Shown: piece after piece, positions 9,507 through 20,199 of the stretch
How the letters are laid out: each line of letters starts with the position of its first letter
Numbering within the stretch: position 1 is the stretch's first letter
Assembly (NCBI GenBank): GCA_017634475.1
Contig: JAGBNH010000117.1
Location: 4,828-68,827, forward strand
Length of the DNA: 64,000 nt
Source of the DNA: Eubacterium sp.
GTDB lineage: Bacteria; Bacillota; Clostridia; Lachnospirales; Lachnospiraceae
Reading direction: 5' to 3'
Program-made: the position numbers and the translations under genes
Notes under the pieces: model-generated
Told to the model about the DNA's origin: nothing
The model's database searches: none
What the model saw: the letters and a program-made list of their open reading frames with translations, nothing else

Positions 9507-12500
9507 TCAGGCTTCTGCGGTAGCAGGGGGTGCCGGGGTTGCCGGTTCTGCCTTGTCCCTGCGGCGCTTTACGGTAAAGATCGCAAACAGGATCAGGAGG
9601 ATCAGCACACCTGCGGAGATGCCGATGCCAAGCCACATGCCCTGGGGAACGAAGGTGAGCTTGATCTCATGGGTTCCCCTGGTCACATTCAGGCCGATGC
9701 CGCCCAGGAATGTGGTGGATTCCACACTCTGGCCGTCTACGGTGAATTTCCACTCCTGCATATTGGGGATGGAGAGATAAAGCATACCGTCCTCCGGAGC
9801 GGTAATGGTACCGGTCATGGAGGAGCCGCTGATCCTGGCGTCGGTCATAACATTTTCTGCCAGCTTATCATGAAGCTTCTGAAGTTCATCGGTATCGGTC
9901 ACCGCAAGGCGGATATAGAAATTCTTTCCGTTTGAGGGAAGATACATTGTCAGCTTGAATTCATCCGCTGTACCGGCCTTGGTGGTTCCCAGATAGACTA
10001 CGGTACCGAAATAGGAAGCGTAGACATCACCCTCCACATCCTTTGCTATATGAACGGTATTCTCCACTTCATTTTTGATCCCGGCCAGGAAGTCGGATGC
10101 ATCCGTAAGAATGTAGGTGTAAGCCTCGGAATCCTTGTCGATCTTATCCTGATCCAGTTCCGGCGTGATCTCATGGAAGATATCTCCGCAGCCCATTGCG
10201 TGGGAGAAGGCATTCTGATAGGTCAGCATGCTGTCGGAATAATGGGTATAATCATTTTCATTCCATTCTTTGATCTCGTCATTTAACGGGATATAGACAC
10301 CTACCGGAAGATAATAGGGATTCTTATGAAGATTCAGGACGCCTTCATGATCCACTACAGGGTAGGGAGACGGCCGTCCGTTACTTGTGTTGGTCAGCTG
10401 ATACTGAACATGCATCATCATATCGATCAGGGGATTTCCCGTCTCGTAGAAGATACAGTTCTTGGAGGTTACTACACCCCATTTATCAAAGATCTCCATA
10501 TGCGCTTCCGTCATCATGGAAGAGAATGCACTGATGGAATTGATGGCGGTGTATTCCGATGTGTTGTAGTTCGGGTTGTCAATGTATTCCGTAGCGTGGA
10601 AATCCTCAGCCATTTCCGGATTTCGTTCTGCAAGACGTTCGATATAGGTGTCCTGGTTGGATACGTAGAAATGCATACCGATGGCTTTGCGGAAGGTATA
10701 CATACCACTGAGGATCACTTCGACCATGCATACGCCGAGCATGGCCTTGCGGAAGGCTTCGCGATGCTTCTTATGCAGCTGGAACAGAGCCAGTCCCAGA
10801 TAGATGCAGGCAATGATCATGGTAGCCCAGAAGGTAAGGGATGCTTCCTCGGGGGCGTCGGTCACGGTGTGGATCTTATCGCTCAGGAAGGCAATGGTCC
10901 ATAAGGTGCAGCAGACAACAAACGCGCCGGAGATGGTGATGGCGAATTTCTTTCCGCTGTAATCCTTCCAGGATACCAGGCATTCCGCAAACATCATGAA
11001 GAGCAGCAGGATGTAGAAGGCTGCAAAACGGTTGGGAACGTTGGTCTGGTAGTGAAGTCCGTGGAAAAGGAAGTTCAGTACACTGTTGCTGAAACCAAGG
11101 AACAGCACTGCGGTGAGGACGAGTCTCCGGATCCGTACGGAAAGCGGAACTTTCCGGTTCATCAGATATAACGGGATGAAGAACAGGAGCAGGATCCCCA
11201 CATATATATTGGCCTTATAGTCGTTACTGTCCACCACCACAGCCTGATGGAAGCTCATGGTATCCGAGAAGGATGAAAGGACAGAGCCGCTTTCGTGGGT
11301 TACCGGTGAGATCACATCATTCGCCTTGTAGGGGGACTGCATGGATCGGAAATAGTAGGGGATCAGCCGGTAGCAGGCCAGTCCTGCGGCAGCAATGGAA
11401 GAGAGTCCGAAACGGACCCCTTTCAGGAAGAAGTCCTTTATGCTGTCGAACTTCATGGTAAAGAAGTACAGGAACAGGAATTCGCACAGGATAAAGGCGT
11501 AGTAAGCATCCCCCATCTGTCCAAACAGGAAGAAGATGTAAAGGAACGGTTTCTTATCGTAGACCAGACGCTCCATGGCCAGAAGCAGAAGGGGTGCAGC
11601 TGTCAGGAAACCGAAGTTGCCGTATACGAAATAGGATATTCCGTAGCTGGACAGGGTATAAGCCGTGGCAATGGGGATCAGACGCCAGTCATTCTTCTTC
11701 ATTCTGGGGCCTCTTCTCCTGTGGGTAAGGAACAGGATCAGATACAGGCCGGGAAGCACAAAGTTCAGATACCTTCCGAAGACCAGGTCGAAGAGGGCAA
11801 GGGAATCCGGCAGGAAGTAGAGCTTGATCAACGACCAGGGAGAAAGGAAATATCCGGCGAAGTCAGCATACCGGTCTATGGCGATACCCATATTCCAGTT
11901 CAGGGCGGAGAAGTCTCCGCTCTTCACATCATTTAGGATACCCCGATAACCGTTATACATCTGTACATAGCCATCACCGATCAGCGTGGGTTTGTCACCA
12001 AAGGGTATGCTTGAGGTGTAGCAGGACATGATGACAAACACCAGTGTCGTGATGGTGAAGGTCAGGATATAAACATAATTGTTGCGGATAAAGGCAGATG
12101 TGGCAGTGATGCCGCGGCCGTTTGTGGCAGAGATCTTCACTTTATCCGTGATCTGGATGAAGATGAACAGGAGCAGGAACAGGATGCTGAAGGCAATACC
12201 CATATACAGGATCACCGGTTTGTACTGAAGGGATACGGTGTTCGTTCCCTCCTTCACCGGGATCAGCATATAGCCGTCCATAAAGCGTATATCGGATATT
12301 TCAGACGTATCGGAACTCCATCCGGCGCGCCTGGCATAAGGAACGCCCCAATAACCGTCAGCCGGTGCTTCCACCGTAGCGGTGTACGCCGAAGAGGACA
12401 TGGCTTGTACCACGCCATGGTCAAGAGCCTTGATAAATTCCTGGAAGTTATCCTTCTGGAAGAAGGCATACTCGTACTGCAGATAATTGTCGATCTGTTC

Positions 12501-14705
12501 CCGGTCATAGGCCTCGATGAAGGTGCTGGCCAGTTCCCCGGACTTGAATTCGCCAAGATGGCGGATGTTAAATATGTAGCCGTAAAGGTCTCCGGGCTGA
12601 TCGGTGGTGTAGAAATAACCATGAGAAGTCTTCCGGAAATCCTCCGCCATATCATCATCATATACATAGGCTAAGGCTGTATCCAGCTTGCCATCGGAAT
12701 GAAGGAAGATGTCGCCTGTTCCCACAACGTCCGTGGAAAGACGGTTCAGCGAATCAAAGGGTGTGTTGGAACTGTAATCCCATTTTTCAATGGCCTGCGG
12801 CAGATAGAAGCCGGCATAGGCATGGGGGTTTTTGTAAACATTTATCACCTCACCCTCGATCAGGGGAGTGAGCAGCGCATCCACCTGCTCCGCATTTTTG
12901 GGAGCGATGATGTAATTATATCCGTTCAGCGTATTGGACACGGGGGTGGACATGCTGGTCTCCGGATCGTAATAGGTGACCCTGGCATTGGGCAGCTGAG
13001 CCTTGATCTGCCGCGTCATTTCATAGACCTGGCCATCCAGAGTGTTCTCGTAACGCTGGGATTTAGAACCCACAGCCCGGAGATTATCCACATAGGTATA
13101 CAGCATTTCTCCCATGAGCATGAGAGGAAGGATGGTCAGGAGCAGCCTCCGGGTCATGCTGTTGCTGCGGTACATGACCACCAGGATAAAATAAACGAAC
13201 AGGAATTCCATGGCCGTAAGGAAGGGCTTCATGGATGAGTAATAGTCGCAGAAGAACAGGGATGCCACCGTGATCCCGGCAACGATAAGGGCAGCCCCGG
13301 TGACCTGCCATACCGGGGAATGCTCCAGGTTCAGCAGGGCCTCATAGGCCATGGAAACCATCTGGAACACCACAAGAAAACCGAACACACAGATGTTGAA
13401 CGGCGAGTGGAAGAATCCGTTAAGGATATAATTCGTGGTGACCAGATACAGTCCGGAGAAGAGGAAGACCAGGATGGCCGACTGTCCTAATTTTCTCCGG
13501 AGGGAAATGTTGGGATTACCGATATACAGGACCAGAAGAAATACACAGAGGATCCCACAGAAGATATCGATCCCATAGCCGTAATGATAGGTGACGGAGG
13601 GAACATTTCCTGTAAGCAGGGCCTTGAAGGCGTCAAAGAAGGACGTAGACTCTGCACCCTCCGGGAATTTCATGGATAATTCCGATGTAAAGAAGGAACC
13701 GGTGGCGGAATTCAGGATGATCACCGCACCGACGCCGGCGGCAAGGATATCGGCCACCAGCTTATAAAGAAGGTTTCGTATGGCGTGATTCAGATCACTG
13801 TGATCGTAGGCTGCAGTGTAAAGGATGGAGAAGACAAAGACAATGATGGTCATGTACAGACTGCAGAATACGGATACGGACATAAGGGCTGCGTACAGCT
13901 TCCATTTGCCATCCTCCAGAAGCTCATCCAATGCCATGAGGATCAGCGGGAAGAGTACCACTACAGAGAGGTGGCTTACATCCAGTCCCTGTCCGAGCAT
14001 ATAGGCGGAAAGGGAAAATGCGGTGGAAAATCCGAGATTCGTAAGGTCCAGACGGGAAAGCAGAGTTCCGATCACAGATTTCGGCTCCTCGGATCCGCCT
14101 AAGATGAAATCCTTTTTCGCTTCCTTTCCTTTGGCGGCTGCAGCTGCAAGGAGCTTCTCCTTCTTCAGGCGCTTCTTCTCGGCGATCTCGGCGATGCTGT
14201 TAGTACGGAGCTCCTCCATTTTTTTCCGACGGGCCATGATCCGGGCCTTACGACGGGTAAGGAAGATCGACATGAAGAGACCGGCCAGACCGATCTTCAA
14301 TGCATACAGGATGTTGATCACCCCGAGGATGGCTGTTCTGGGGAACAGAAGGATCAGCAGATTCAGGGGATCGGAAAGATAATACGTGAATACTGTGGAA
14401 AAATCATAGCCGGAGCCGGGGAGAAGGGCTGCAAATACCCCTTCTCCGCCGTGTACCCGGTCATACAGTTCATAATAGTAAGTAAGGTGCTTCGTCATTC
14501 CGCCGGAGGTCATGACATCCTTCGTTCCGAAGGGGGCAAATGAGCCCGCCAGCATACCGATCAGTACGGCGATGACGGGAATCAGAAATGCCAGGATCCG
14601 TATGGTGCGGATATGTTTCTTATCGACTCCGATCTGAGAAGCAGCATCATTTGCTGCATTTTTCTTTTTGGTTATGGAAACCTTTGCTTTTTTCTCTGCT
14701 TCCAT
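9507..14705 (-). CDS. tandem double YfhO-family (GT-C-like) polytopic membrane protein, 1732 aa
   Basis: Two complete units, each with an N-terminal PFG motif, Y[YF]LS.P, a multi-TM region, a large external domain and a C-terminal G.[NH].[VI].L.[YF].P..+TM end. Confidence 0.85.
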   Translation of the reverse strand: MEAEKKAKVSITKKKNAANDAASQIGVDKKHIRTIRILAFLIPVIAVLIGMLAGSFAPFGTKDVMTSGGMTKHLTYYYELYDRVHGGEGVFAALLPGSGYDFSTVFTYYLSDPLNLLILLFPRTAILGVINILYALKIGLAGLFMSIFLTRRKARIMARRKKMEELRTNSIAEIAEKKRLKKEKLLAAAAAKGKEAKKDFILGGSEEPKSVIGTLLSRLDLTNLGFSTAFSLSAYMLGQGLDVSHLSVVVLFPLILMALDELLEDGKWKLYAALMSVSVFCSLYMTIIVFVFSILYTAAYDHSDLNHAIRNLLYKLVADILAAGVGAVIILNSATGSFFTSELSMKFPEGAESTSFFDAFKALLTGNVPSVTYHYGYGIDIFCGILCVFLLVLYIGNPNISLRRKLGQSAILVFLFSGLYLVTTNYILNGFFHSPFNICVFGFLVVFQMVSMAYEALLNLEHSPVWQVTGAALIVAGITVASLFFCDYYSSMKPFLTAMEFLFVYFILVVMYRSNSMTRRLLLTILPLMLMGEMLYTYVDNLRAVGSKSQRYENTLDGQVYEMTRQIKAQLPNARVTYYDPETSMSTPVSNTLNGYNYIIAPKNAEQVDALLTPLIEGEVINVYKNPHAYAGFYLPQAIEKWDYSSNTPFDSLNRLSTDVVGTGDIFLHSDGKLDTALAYVYDDDMAEDFRKTSHGYFYTTDQPGDLYGYIFNIRHLGEFKSGELASTFIEAYDREQIDNYLQYEYAFFQKDNFQEFIKALDHGVVQAMSSSAYTATVEAPADGYWGVPYARRAGWSSDTSEISDIRFMDGYMLIPVKEGTNTVSLQYKPVILYMGIAFSILFLLLFIFIQITDKVKISATNGRGITATSAFIRNNYVYILTFTITTLVFVIMSCYTSSIPFGDKPTLIGDGYVQMYNGYRGILNDVKSGDFSALNWNMGIAIDRYADFAGYFLSPWSLIKLYFLPDSLALFDLVFGRYLNFVLPGLYLILFLTHRRRGPRMKKNDWRLIPIATAYTLSSYGISYFVYGNFGFLTAAPLLLLAMERLVYDKKPFLYIFFLFGQMGDAYYAFILCEFLFLYFFTMKFDSIKDFFLKGVRFGLSSIAAAGLACYRLIPYYFRSMQSPYKANDVISPVTHESGSVLSSFSDTMSFHQAVVVDSNDYKANIYVGILLLFFIPLYLMNRKVPLSVRIRRLVLTAVLFLGFSNSVLNFLFHGLHYQTNVPNRFAAFYILLLFMMFAECLVSWKDYSGKKFAITISGAFVVCCTLWTIAFLSDKIHTVTDAPEEASLTFWATMIIACIYLGLALFQLHKKHREAFRKAMLGVCMVEVILSGMYTFRKAIGMHFYVSNQDTYIERLAERNPEMAEDFHATEYIDNPNYNTSEYTAINSISAFSSMMTEAHMEIFDKWGVVTSKNCIFYETGNPLIDMMMHVQYQLTNTSNGRPSPYPVVDHEGVLNLHKNPYYLPVGVYIPLNDEIKEWNENDYTHYSDSMLTYQNAFSHAMGCGDIFHEITPELDQDKIDKDSEAYTYILTDASDFLAGIKNEVENTVHIAKDVEGDVYASYFGTVVYLGTTKAGTADEFKLTMYLPSNGKNFYIRLAVTDTDELQKLHDKLAENVMTDARISGSSMTGTITAPEDGMLYLSIPNMQEWKFTVDGQSVESTTFLGGIGLNVTRGTHEIKLTFVPQGMWLGIGISAGVLILLILFAIFTVKRRRDKAEPATPAPPATAEA

Positions 14706-14735
14706 GGGATGAAGCGCCTCCGTATTTCTATAAGA

Positions 14736-17700
14736 TCAATCTTTTGATTCCAGATTTTTCCTGGCAGCCGCCAGCATCAGCTTAATGCGGTTGATCTGGT
14801 TTACTTCGGATGCTCCGGGGTCGAAGTCTATGGGAACGATATTGGCCTCCGGGTATTTTGCGCGAAGCTTCTTGATCACGCCCTTGCCGATGATGTGATT
14901 CGGCAGGCAGGCGAAGGGCTGCGCACAGATGATGTTCGGAGCCTCGCCGTGGATCAGCTCTACCATTTCGCCGGTGAGGAACCAGCCCTCGCCGGTCTCA
15001 TTTCCGATGGAAACGATGGGGCGGGCGTAATCCGCAACGGTATGGATGTTGGTCACGGTCTCAAAATGTCTGGAATTCTTCAGAGCCTTCTCCATGGGTT
15101 TACGCATATGCTCCAGATACTTGATGACAGCATCGCTGATGATCTTGGAGGATTTGGACTTGCCCAGGAATTCGTATCGATAGTCCGCGTTGAAGAAGCA
15201 GTAGGTCAGGAAATTCATCAGGTCGGGCATGACGGCTTCTGCGCCCTCCTGTTCCAGAAGATCCACCAGGTGATTGTTTGCGGAGGGCAGGAACTTCACC
15301 AGGATCTCGCCTACGATCCCGACTCTGGGTTTACGTACATCCTCATAAACCGGAAGGTTATCGAATTCCTTCACCATATCCCGGCAGATATGATGGAAGT
15401 TCCTGGATCCCCGCTCCAGATCGTGGATACAGATCTTTTCCCATTTCCGGTGAAGCTTATTAGTGGATCCGGGGATCTTTTCGTAGGGACGGGTATGATA
15501 CACCAGACGCATGAACAGATCTCCGTAGATCACCGCATGCATGGCACATTTCAGTCCCTTGTAATTGATCTTAAAGCCGGAATTCTTCTCCAGTCCCTGT
15601 GCACTTACGGAAAGCACCGGGATATTTTCATAACCGGCCTTGGCAAGAGCACGGCGGATGAATCCGATGTAATTGGTGGCGCGGCAGCCGCCGCCGGTCT
15701 GGGTTATGGCTACGGCCAGGTGATCCAGGTCGTACTTGCCGGAGGTGATGGCCTGCATGATCTGCCCCACAACGATGATGGAGGGATAGCAGGCGTCGTT
15801 ATTCACATATTTCAGACCGATATTGATGGTTTCCTTTTCCGCATCCGGAAGGACCTCGAAATTCACATGGGTATGGCGAAGTCCGGCCTGCAGCATCTTG
15901 AAATGGATCGGCGACATCTGCGGCGTAAGGACGGTATAGCCCTTATCCCGCATTTCCCTGGTGAACTCCACCCGGTGAAGCCTGGTGGATACCGGCGAAG
16001 GATGGATCCCATGCTTCTGGCGGGCCTTTACCGCAGACAGAAGGGACCGGATCCGGATACGGGCGGCACCCAGATTGCTTACCTCGTCGATCTTCAAAAC
16101 CGTGTAGATCCGGTTGGAATTGGAAAGAATATCATTTACACAGTCCGTAGTCACCGCATCCAGACCACAGCCGAAGGAGAAGAGCTGAACCAGCTCCAGC
16201 TCCTCGCAGGATTTCACATAGTTGGCGGCCCGGTACAGACGGGAGTGATACATCCACTGATCGGATACGATCAGCGGGCGTTCCACCTCGGAGAGATGGG
16301 AGATGGAATCCTCAGAAAGTACGGCAACGCCATAGGAATTGATGAGCTCCGGGATACCGTGGTTGATCTCGGGGTCCACATGATAGGGACGTCCGGCCAG
16401 CACGATGCCCAGCTTTCCGGTCTTCTTCAGGAAGGCGATGGTCTCCTCGCCCTTTGCCCGGACATCCTTCTTCACCTTCTCCGCCTCTTCATAGGCAGCA
16501 TCCACTGCGTCGCTGATCTCCTTGAAGGTAACGTCGGTATACTTCTTGAACTCACGGAGCATACGCTTCTTCAGGGCCTCGGGATTATCCAGGGCAAGGA
16601 AGGGCCGGATGTAGGTGATATTCTCCGTTTCGATCTCCTCCATATTATTCTTGATGTTCTCGGAATAGGAGGTGACGATGGGGCAGTTATAGTGATTGTT
16701 CGCGTCCGGCGTTTCGTTCATCTCATAGGGAACGCAGGGATAGAAAATGGTCTTCACGCCCTGCTTTAAGAGCCACATGACATGTCCGTGGCTGATCTTT
16801 GCCGGATAGCACTCGGTATCGCTGGGGATACTCTCGATGCCCATGGCATAGATCTCCTTGGAGGACTTGGGGGAAAGGATCACCCGGTAGCCCAGATGGG
16901 ACAGGAAGGTATGCCAGAAGGGGTAATTCTCATACATGTTGAGGACCCGGGGCACGCCGATCTCCCCACGAGGTGCCTGATCCAGAGGCAGGGCTTCGTA
17001 GGAGAAGAGCCGGTTAAACTTATATTCGTAGAGATTGGGCAGGTTCTCGGCGTTCTTTCTGCCGCCGAGACCGCGCTCACAGCGGTTGCCGGTGATGAAA
17101 CGGCGTCCGCCGGTGAATTTGTTTATGGTGAGAAGGCAGTTGTTGGTGCAGAGACCACATCGTGCCATCTGTGTTTCGTAGGTCAGAGCCTTAACATCTT
17201 CTTCGGAAATGGTGGTGCTGACAAAGCCCTCCGTATAATTCTCCCGGGCGATGAGGGCAGCACCGAAGGCCCCCATGATGCCGGCGATGTCGGGACGGAT
17301 GGGTTCTCTGCCGGATACCAGCTCGAAGGCGCGGAGCACGGCATCATTATAAAATGTACCGCCCTGTACCACGATCTGGTGCCCCAGCTGTTTGGGGTCG
17401 GTGAGCTTTATGACCTTGAGAAGGGCGTTCTTGATGACGGAATAGGCAAGTCCGGCGGAGATATCCTCCACGGATGCCCCTTCCTTCTGGGCCTGCTTTA
17501 CCTTGGAATTCATGAATACGGTACAACGGGATCCCAGATCGATGGGAGTTTTCGCCGTAAGAGCGATCTCTGCGAAATCACGGACATCATAGTCCAGGGA
17601 CCGGGCAAAGGTCTCAATGAAGGAACCGCAGCCGGAGGAGCAGGACTCATTCAGCATGACGTTGTCGACCACGCCGTTCCGGATCTTGATACATTTCATA

Positions 17701-18977
17701 TCCTGACCGCCGATATCCAGGATGGTATCCACCTCGGGATCAAAGAAGGCGGCAGCGGTATAATGGGCAACGGTCTCCACCTCGCCGTAGTCCAGGTTCA
17801 TGGCAGACTGAAGAAGTGCTTCGCCGTAACCGGTGGAGCAGCTTCCTGCGATCTTTGCGGTTTCCGGAAGGAGAGAGTAGATCTCCTTCATGGCGCGGAT
17901 GGTGGTCTTCACGGGGCTTCCGTTGTTGTTGGAATAAAAATCATAGAGCAGTTCCCCGCGCTCACCGATGACCGCCAGCTTGGTGGTGGTGGAACCGGCG
18001 TCAATGCCCAGAAATACATTTCCGTGATAAGTAGAAAGATCCCCCCGCTGTACATGGTAGGAATGCTGACGCTCCCGGAATTCCTTCAGCTGCGCCTCAT
18101 CCCGGAAGAGGGGCTCAAGACGGTTTACTTCGATCTCGATCTTCAGGTCGTCGGTAAGCTTCCCCGCCAGACGGGAAAGGGAAATGGTCTTCGCGGGATC
18201 AGCGGAAAGCGCTGCACCCATGGCTGCAAAAAGATGGGAATTATCCAGCAGAATGGCATGCTCCTCATCCAGGTTCAGGGTCCGGATAAAGCATTCCCGA
18301 AGCTGATCCAGGAAATGCAGGGGGCCGCCGAGAAAGGCCACGTGGCCCCGGATGGGTTTGCCGCAGGCAAGGCCGGATATGGTCTGATTGACCACGGCCT
18401 GGAAGATGGATACGGCAAGGTTCGGCTTGGTGGCTCCTTCGTTGATCAGGGGCTGGATATCGGTCTTGGCAAATACACCGCAGCGTGCGGCGATGGGGTA
18501 GACCGTATCGTAGGTTTTGGCATATTCGTTCAGTCCGGAGGCATCGGTCATAAGGAGAGCAGCCATCTGATCGATGAAGGACCCGGTCCCGCCTGCGCAG
18601 ACGGAATTCATTCGCTGCTCGATCCCGCTGTTGGAAAAATAGATGATCTTGGCATCCTCGCCGCCCAGCTCGATAGCTACATCCGTCTGGGGGGCCGTCT
18701 TTTCCAGGGCGCTGGATACGCAGACCACCTCCTGTTCAAAGGGGACATCGATCACCTTGGCCAGTGCCAGTCCGCCGGAACCGGTGATGTCCGGCGCCAC
18801 CGGGCAGTCTCCCAGCTTTTCGATGGCATGGGAGAGAAGCTCCCGGAGAGTCTCCTTGATCCGTGCAAAATGCCGCTGATATTCGGAAAAGAGAAGCTTC
18901 CCCTCTTCATCAATGATGGCAATCTTTACTGTGGTAGATCCTATGTCGATTCCTAAACGCTTATTCATGGGTTCCAT
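14736..18977 (-). CDS. 2-hydroxyacyl-CoA dehydratase activator-type protein (two BadF/BadG/BcrA/BcrD ATPase domains plus DUF2229-like dehydratase regions)
   Basis: GIDIGSTT..K twice, MNSVCAGGTGSF and LNESCSSGCGSF, CYPAK and ACYP motifs. Confidence 0.9.
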   Translation of the reverse strand: MEPMNKRLGIDIGSTTVKIAIIDEEGKLLFSEYQRHFARIKETLRELLSHAIEKLGDCPVAPDITGSGGLALAKVIDVPFEQEVVCVSSALEKTAPQTDVAIELGGEDAKIIYFSNSGIEQRMNSVCAGGTGSFIDQMAALLMTDASGLNEYAKTYDTVYPIAARCGVFAKTDIQPLINEGATKPNLAVSIFQAVVNQTISGLACGKPIRGHVAFLGGPLHFLDQLRECFIRTLNLDEEHAILLDNSHLFAAMGAALSADPAKTISLSRLAGKLTDDLKIEIEVNRLEPLFRDEAQLKEFRERQHSYHVQRGDLSTYHGNVFLGIDAGSTTTKLAVIGERGELLYDFYSNNNGSPVKTTIRAMKEIYSLLPETAKIAGSCSTGYGEALLQSAMNLDYGEVETVAHYTAAAFFDPEVDTILDIGGQDMKCIKIRNGVVDNVMLNESCSSGCGSFIETFARSLDYDVRDFAEIALTAKTPIDLGSRCTVFMNSKVKQAQKEGASVEDISAGLAYSVIKNALLKVIKLTDPKQLGHQIVVQGGTFYNDAVLRAFELVSGREPIRPDIAGIMGAFGAALIARENYTEGFVSTTISEEDVKALTYETQMARCGLCTNNCLLTINKFTGGRRFITGNRCERGLGGRKNAENLPNLYEYKFNRLFSYEALPLDQAPRGEIGVPRVLNMYENYPFWHTFLSHLGYRVILSPKSSKEIYAMGIESIPSDTECYPAKISHGHVMWLLKQGVKTIFYPCVPYEMNETPDANNHYNCPIVTSYSENIKNNMEEIETENITYIRPFLALDNPEALKKRMLREFKKYTDVTFKEISDAVDAAYEEAEKVKKDVRAKGEETIAFLKKTGKLGIVLAGRPYHVDPEINHGIPELINSYGVAVLSEDSISHLSEVERPLIVSDQWMYHSRLYRAANYVKSCEELELVQLFSFGCGLDAVTTDCVNDILSNSNRIYTVLKIDEVSNLGAARIRIRSLLSAVKARQKHGIHPSPVSTRLHRVEFTREMRDKGYTVLTPQMSPIHFKMLQAGLRHTHVNFEVLPDAEKETINIGLKYVNNDACYPSIIVVGQIMQAITSGKYDLDHLAVAITQTGGGCRATNYIGFIRRALAKAGYENIPVLSVSAQGLEKNSGFKINYKGLKCAMHAVIYGDLFMRLVYHTRPYEKIPGSTNKLHRKWEKICIHDLERGSRNFHHICRDMVKEFDNLPVYEDVRKPRVGIVGEILVKFLPSANNHLVDLLEQEGAEAVMPDLMNFLTYCFFNADYRYEFLGKSKSSKIISDAVIKYLEHMRKPMEKALKNSRHFETVTNIHTVADYARPIVSIGNETGEGWFLTGEMVELIHGEAPNIICAQPFACLPNHIIGKGVIKKLRAKYPEANIVPIDFDPGASEVNQINRIKLMLAAARKNLESKD

Positions 18978-19194
18978 TTATCTGTCTTTTGCTCCTTCAG
19001 GCCGGATGACCGGCAGTTTATTCATAGATTTGTCGGAGCCCCTGTTACCAGGGCTCATACACTTCAACATTATAATAGAAATAAAACAGAAACTCAAGGG
19101 GAAAACGGAGAGGGCAGAAGCTCATTTTTCTTGAGTTTTTATCGGAATTAAGTTATAATAATCCGGATAATGAAGCTAAGGAGCAGAAAGCAAA

Positions 19195-20166
19195 ATGAAA
19201 TTCTTTATGAAAATGGAACGAAAGATCGGGAAGTATGCGATTCCGAGACTTCCGCTGATCATGACCGGCATTTTTATCGTCGGTTATATTCTGTCCTTTT
19301 TCTTTGAACGTTTCTACCCATATCTTTTGTTGGATCCTGCCATGGTGGTAGAGCACCATCAGTACTGGCGGCTGATCTCATGGGTCTTCACCATTCCGTT
19401 TAACCTCTCGGATACCCTTAGCTATATTCTTGTTCCCATCGCTTTGTATTTCTACTATTACGTCGGAAACTCTCTGGAGGGGATCTGGGGTAAATTCATG
19501 CTGAACTGCTATATCTTCGGGAATCTCATCCTTACGGATATCGCAGTGATCGTTACCTATTTCATTGATACGAATTCCACAGAGAGAAGCGCGTATGCTC
19601 TCATGAGCAGCGGCCTCAGTACGATCCTTCCGGTGATCGAATCCACCAGGTATATGCTTCTTTCCATGTTCCTGGCCATGGCGGTGATCTTTAAGGACCA
19701 GACGGTGTTCTATGCCTTTGTGATCCCGCTGAAGATGAAATGGCTGGCACTGATCGATGTAGTGTTCATGCTGTATGAATTTATCAAGTTCCCCTATCTG
19801 TATTCCCGGGTGGTCATCATCGTCTGCGTGGTCACCTTCGGTATCTACTGGCTGATCAACAGGAATCGTACGGGAAGGACCTACCAGCAGTATAAACGGG
19901 CCAGGGCCTTCAAACGGGCGGTTGAAGAGGGGAAAAGGAACCGTTCTTCAGAGAATGTGGAAGAACCCCCTTACGGCAAGGTAAGATCCGGAGCGAAGAT
20001 CATTACCATGCGTCCGGCAGGAAAGAATCCGATCCATCGGTGTGCGGTATGCGGAAGAACAGAGCAGGATGATCCGAACCTGGAGTTCCGTTACTGTTCG
20101 AAATGTGCAGGAAATCATGAATATTGCAGTGACCACCTGTACACCCATGTACATGTGGAAGAGTAA
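19195..20166 (+). CDS. rhomboid/Derlin-like membrane protein with a C-terminal Cys/His zinc finger
   Basis: QYWRLISWVF WR motif, about 6 TMs, IPLKMKWL; C-terminal CAVC...CSKC...YCSDH...HVH. Confidence 0.7.
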   Translation: MKFFMKMERKIGKYAIPRLPLIMTGIFIVGYILSFFFERFYPYLLLDPAMVVEHHQYWRLISWVFTIPFNLSDTLSYILVPIALYFYYYVGNSLEGIWGKFMLNCYIFGNLILTDIAVIVTYFIDTNSTERSAYALMSSGLSTILPVIESTRYMLLSMFLAMAVIFKDQTVFYAFVIPLKMKWLALIDVVFMLYEFIKFPYLYSRVVIIVCVVTFGIYWLINRNRTGRTYQQYKRARAFKRAVEEGKRNRSSENVEEPPYGKVRSGAKIITMRPAGKNPIHRCAVCGRTEQDDPNLEFRYCSKCAGNHEYCSDHLYTHVHVEE

Positions 20167-20199
20167 GACAGATCAATCATTTAGCAGAGGTATGGATAC

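Noticed and set aside
14895-18956. Long + strand ORFs (624 and 724 aa) opposite the activase, and similar antisense ORFs elsewhere (422-2350, 39617-41545, 54114-55565, 55936-57309)
   Set aside because: Shadow frames of well-recognised genes on the other strand, with no motifs of their own; explained by codon bias.
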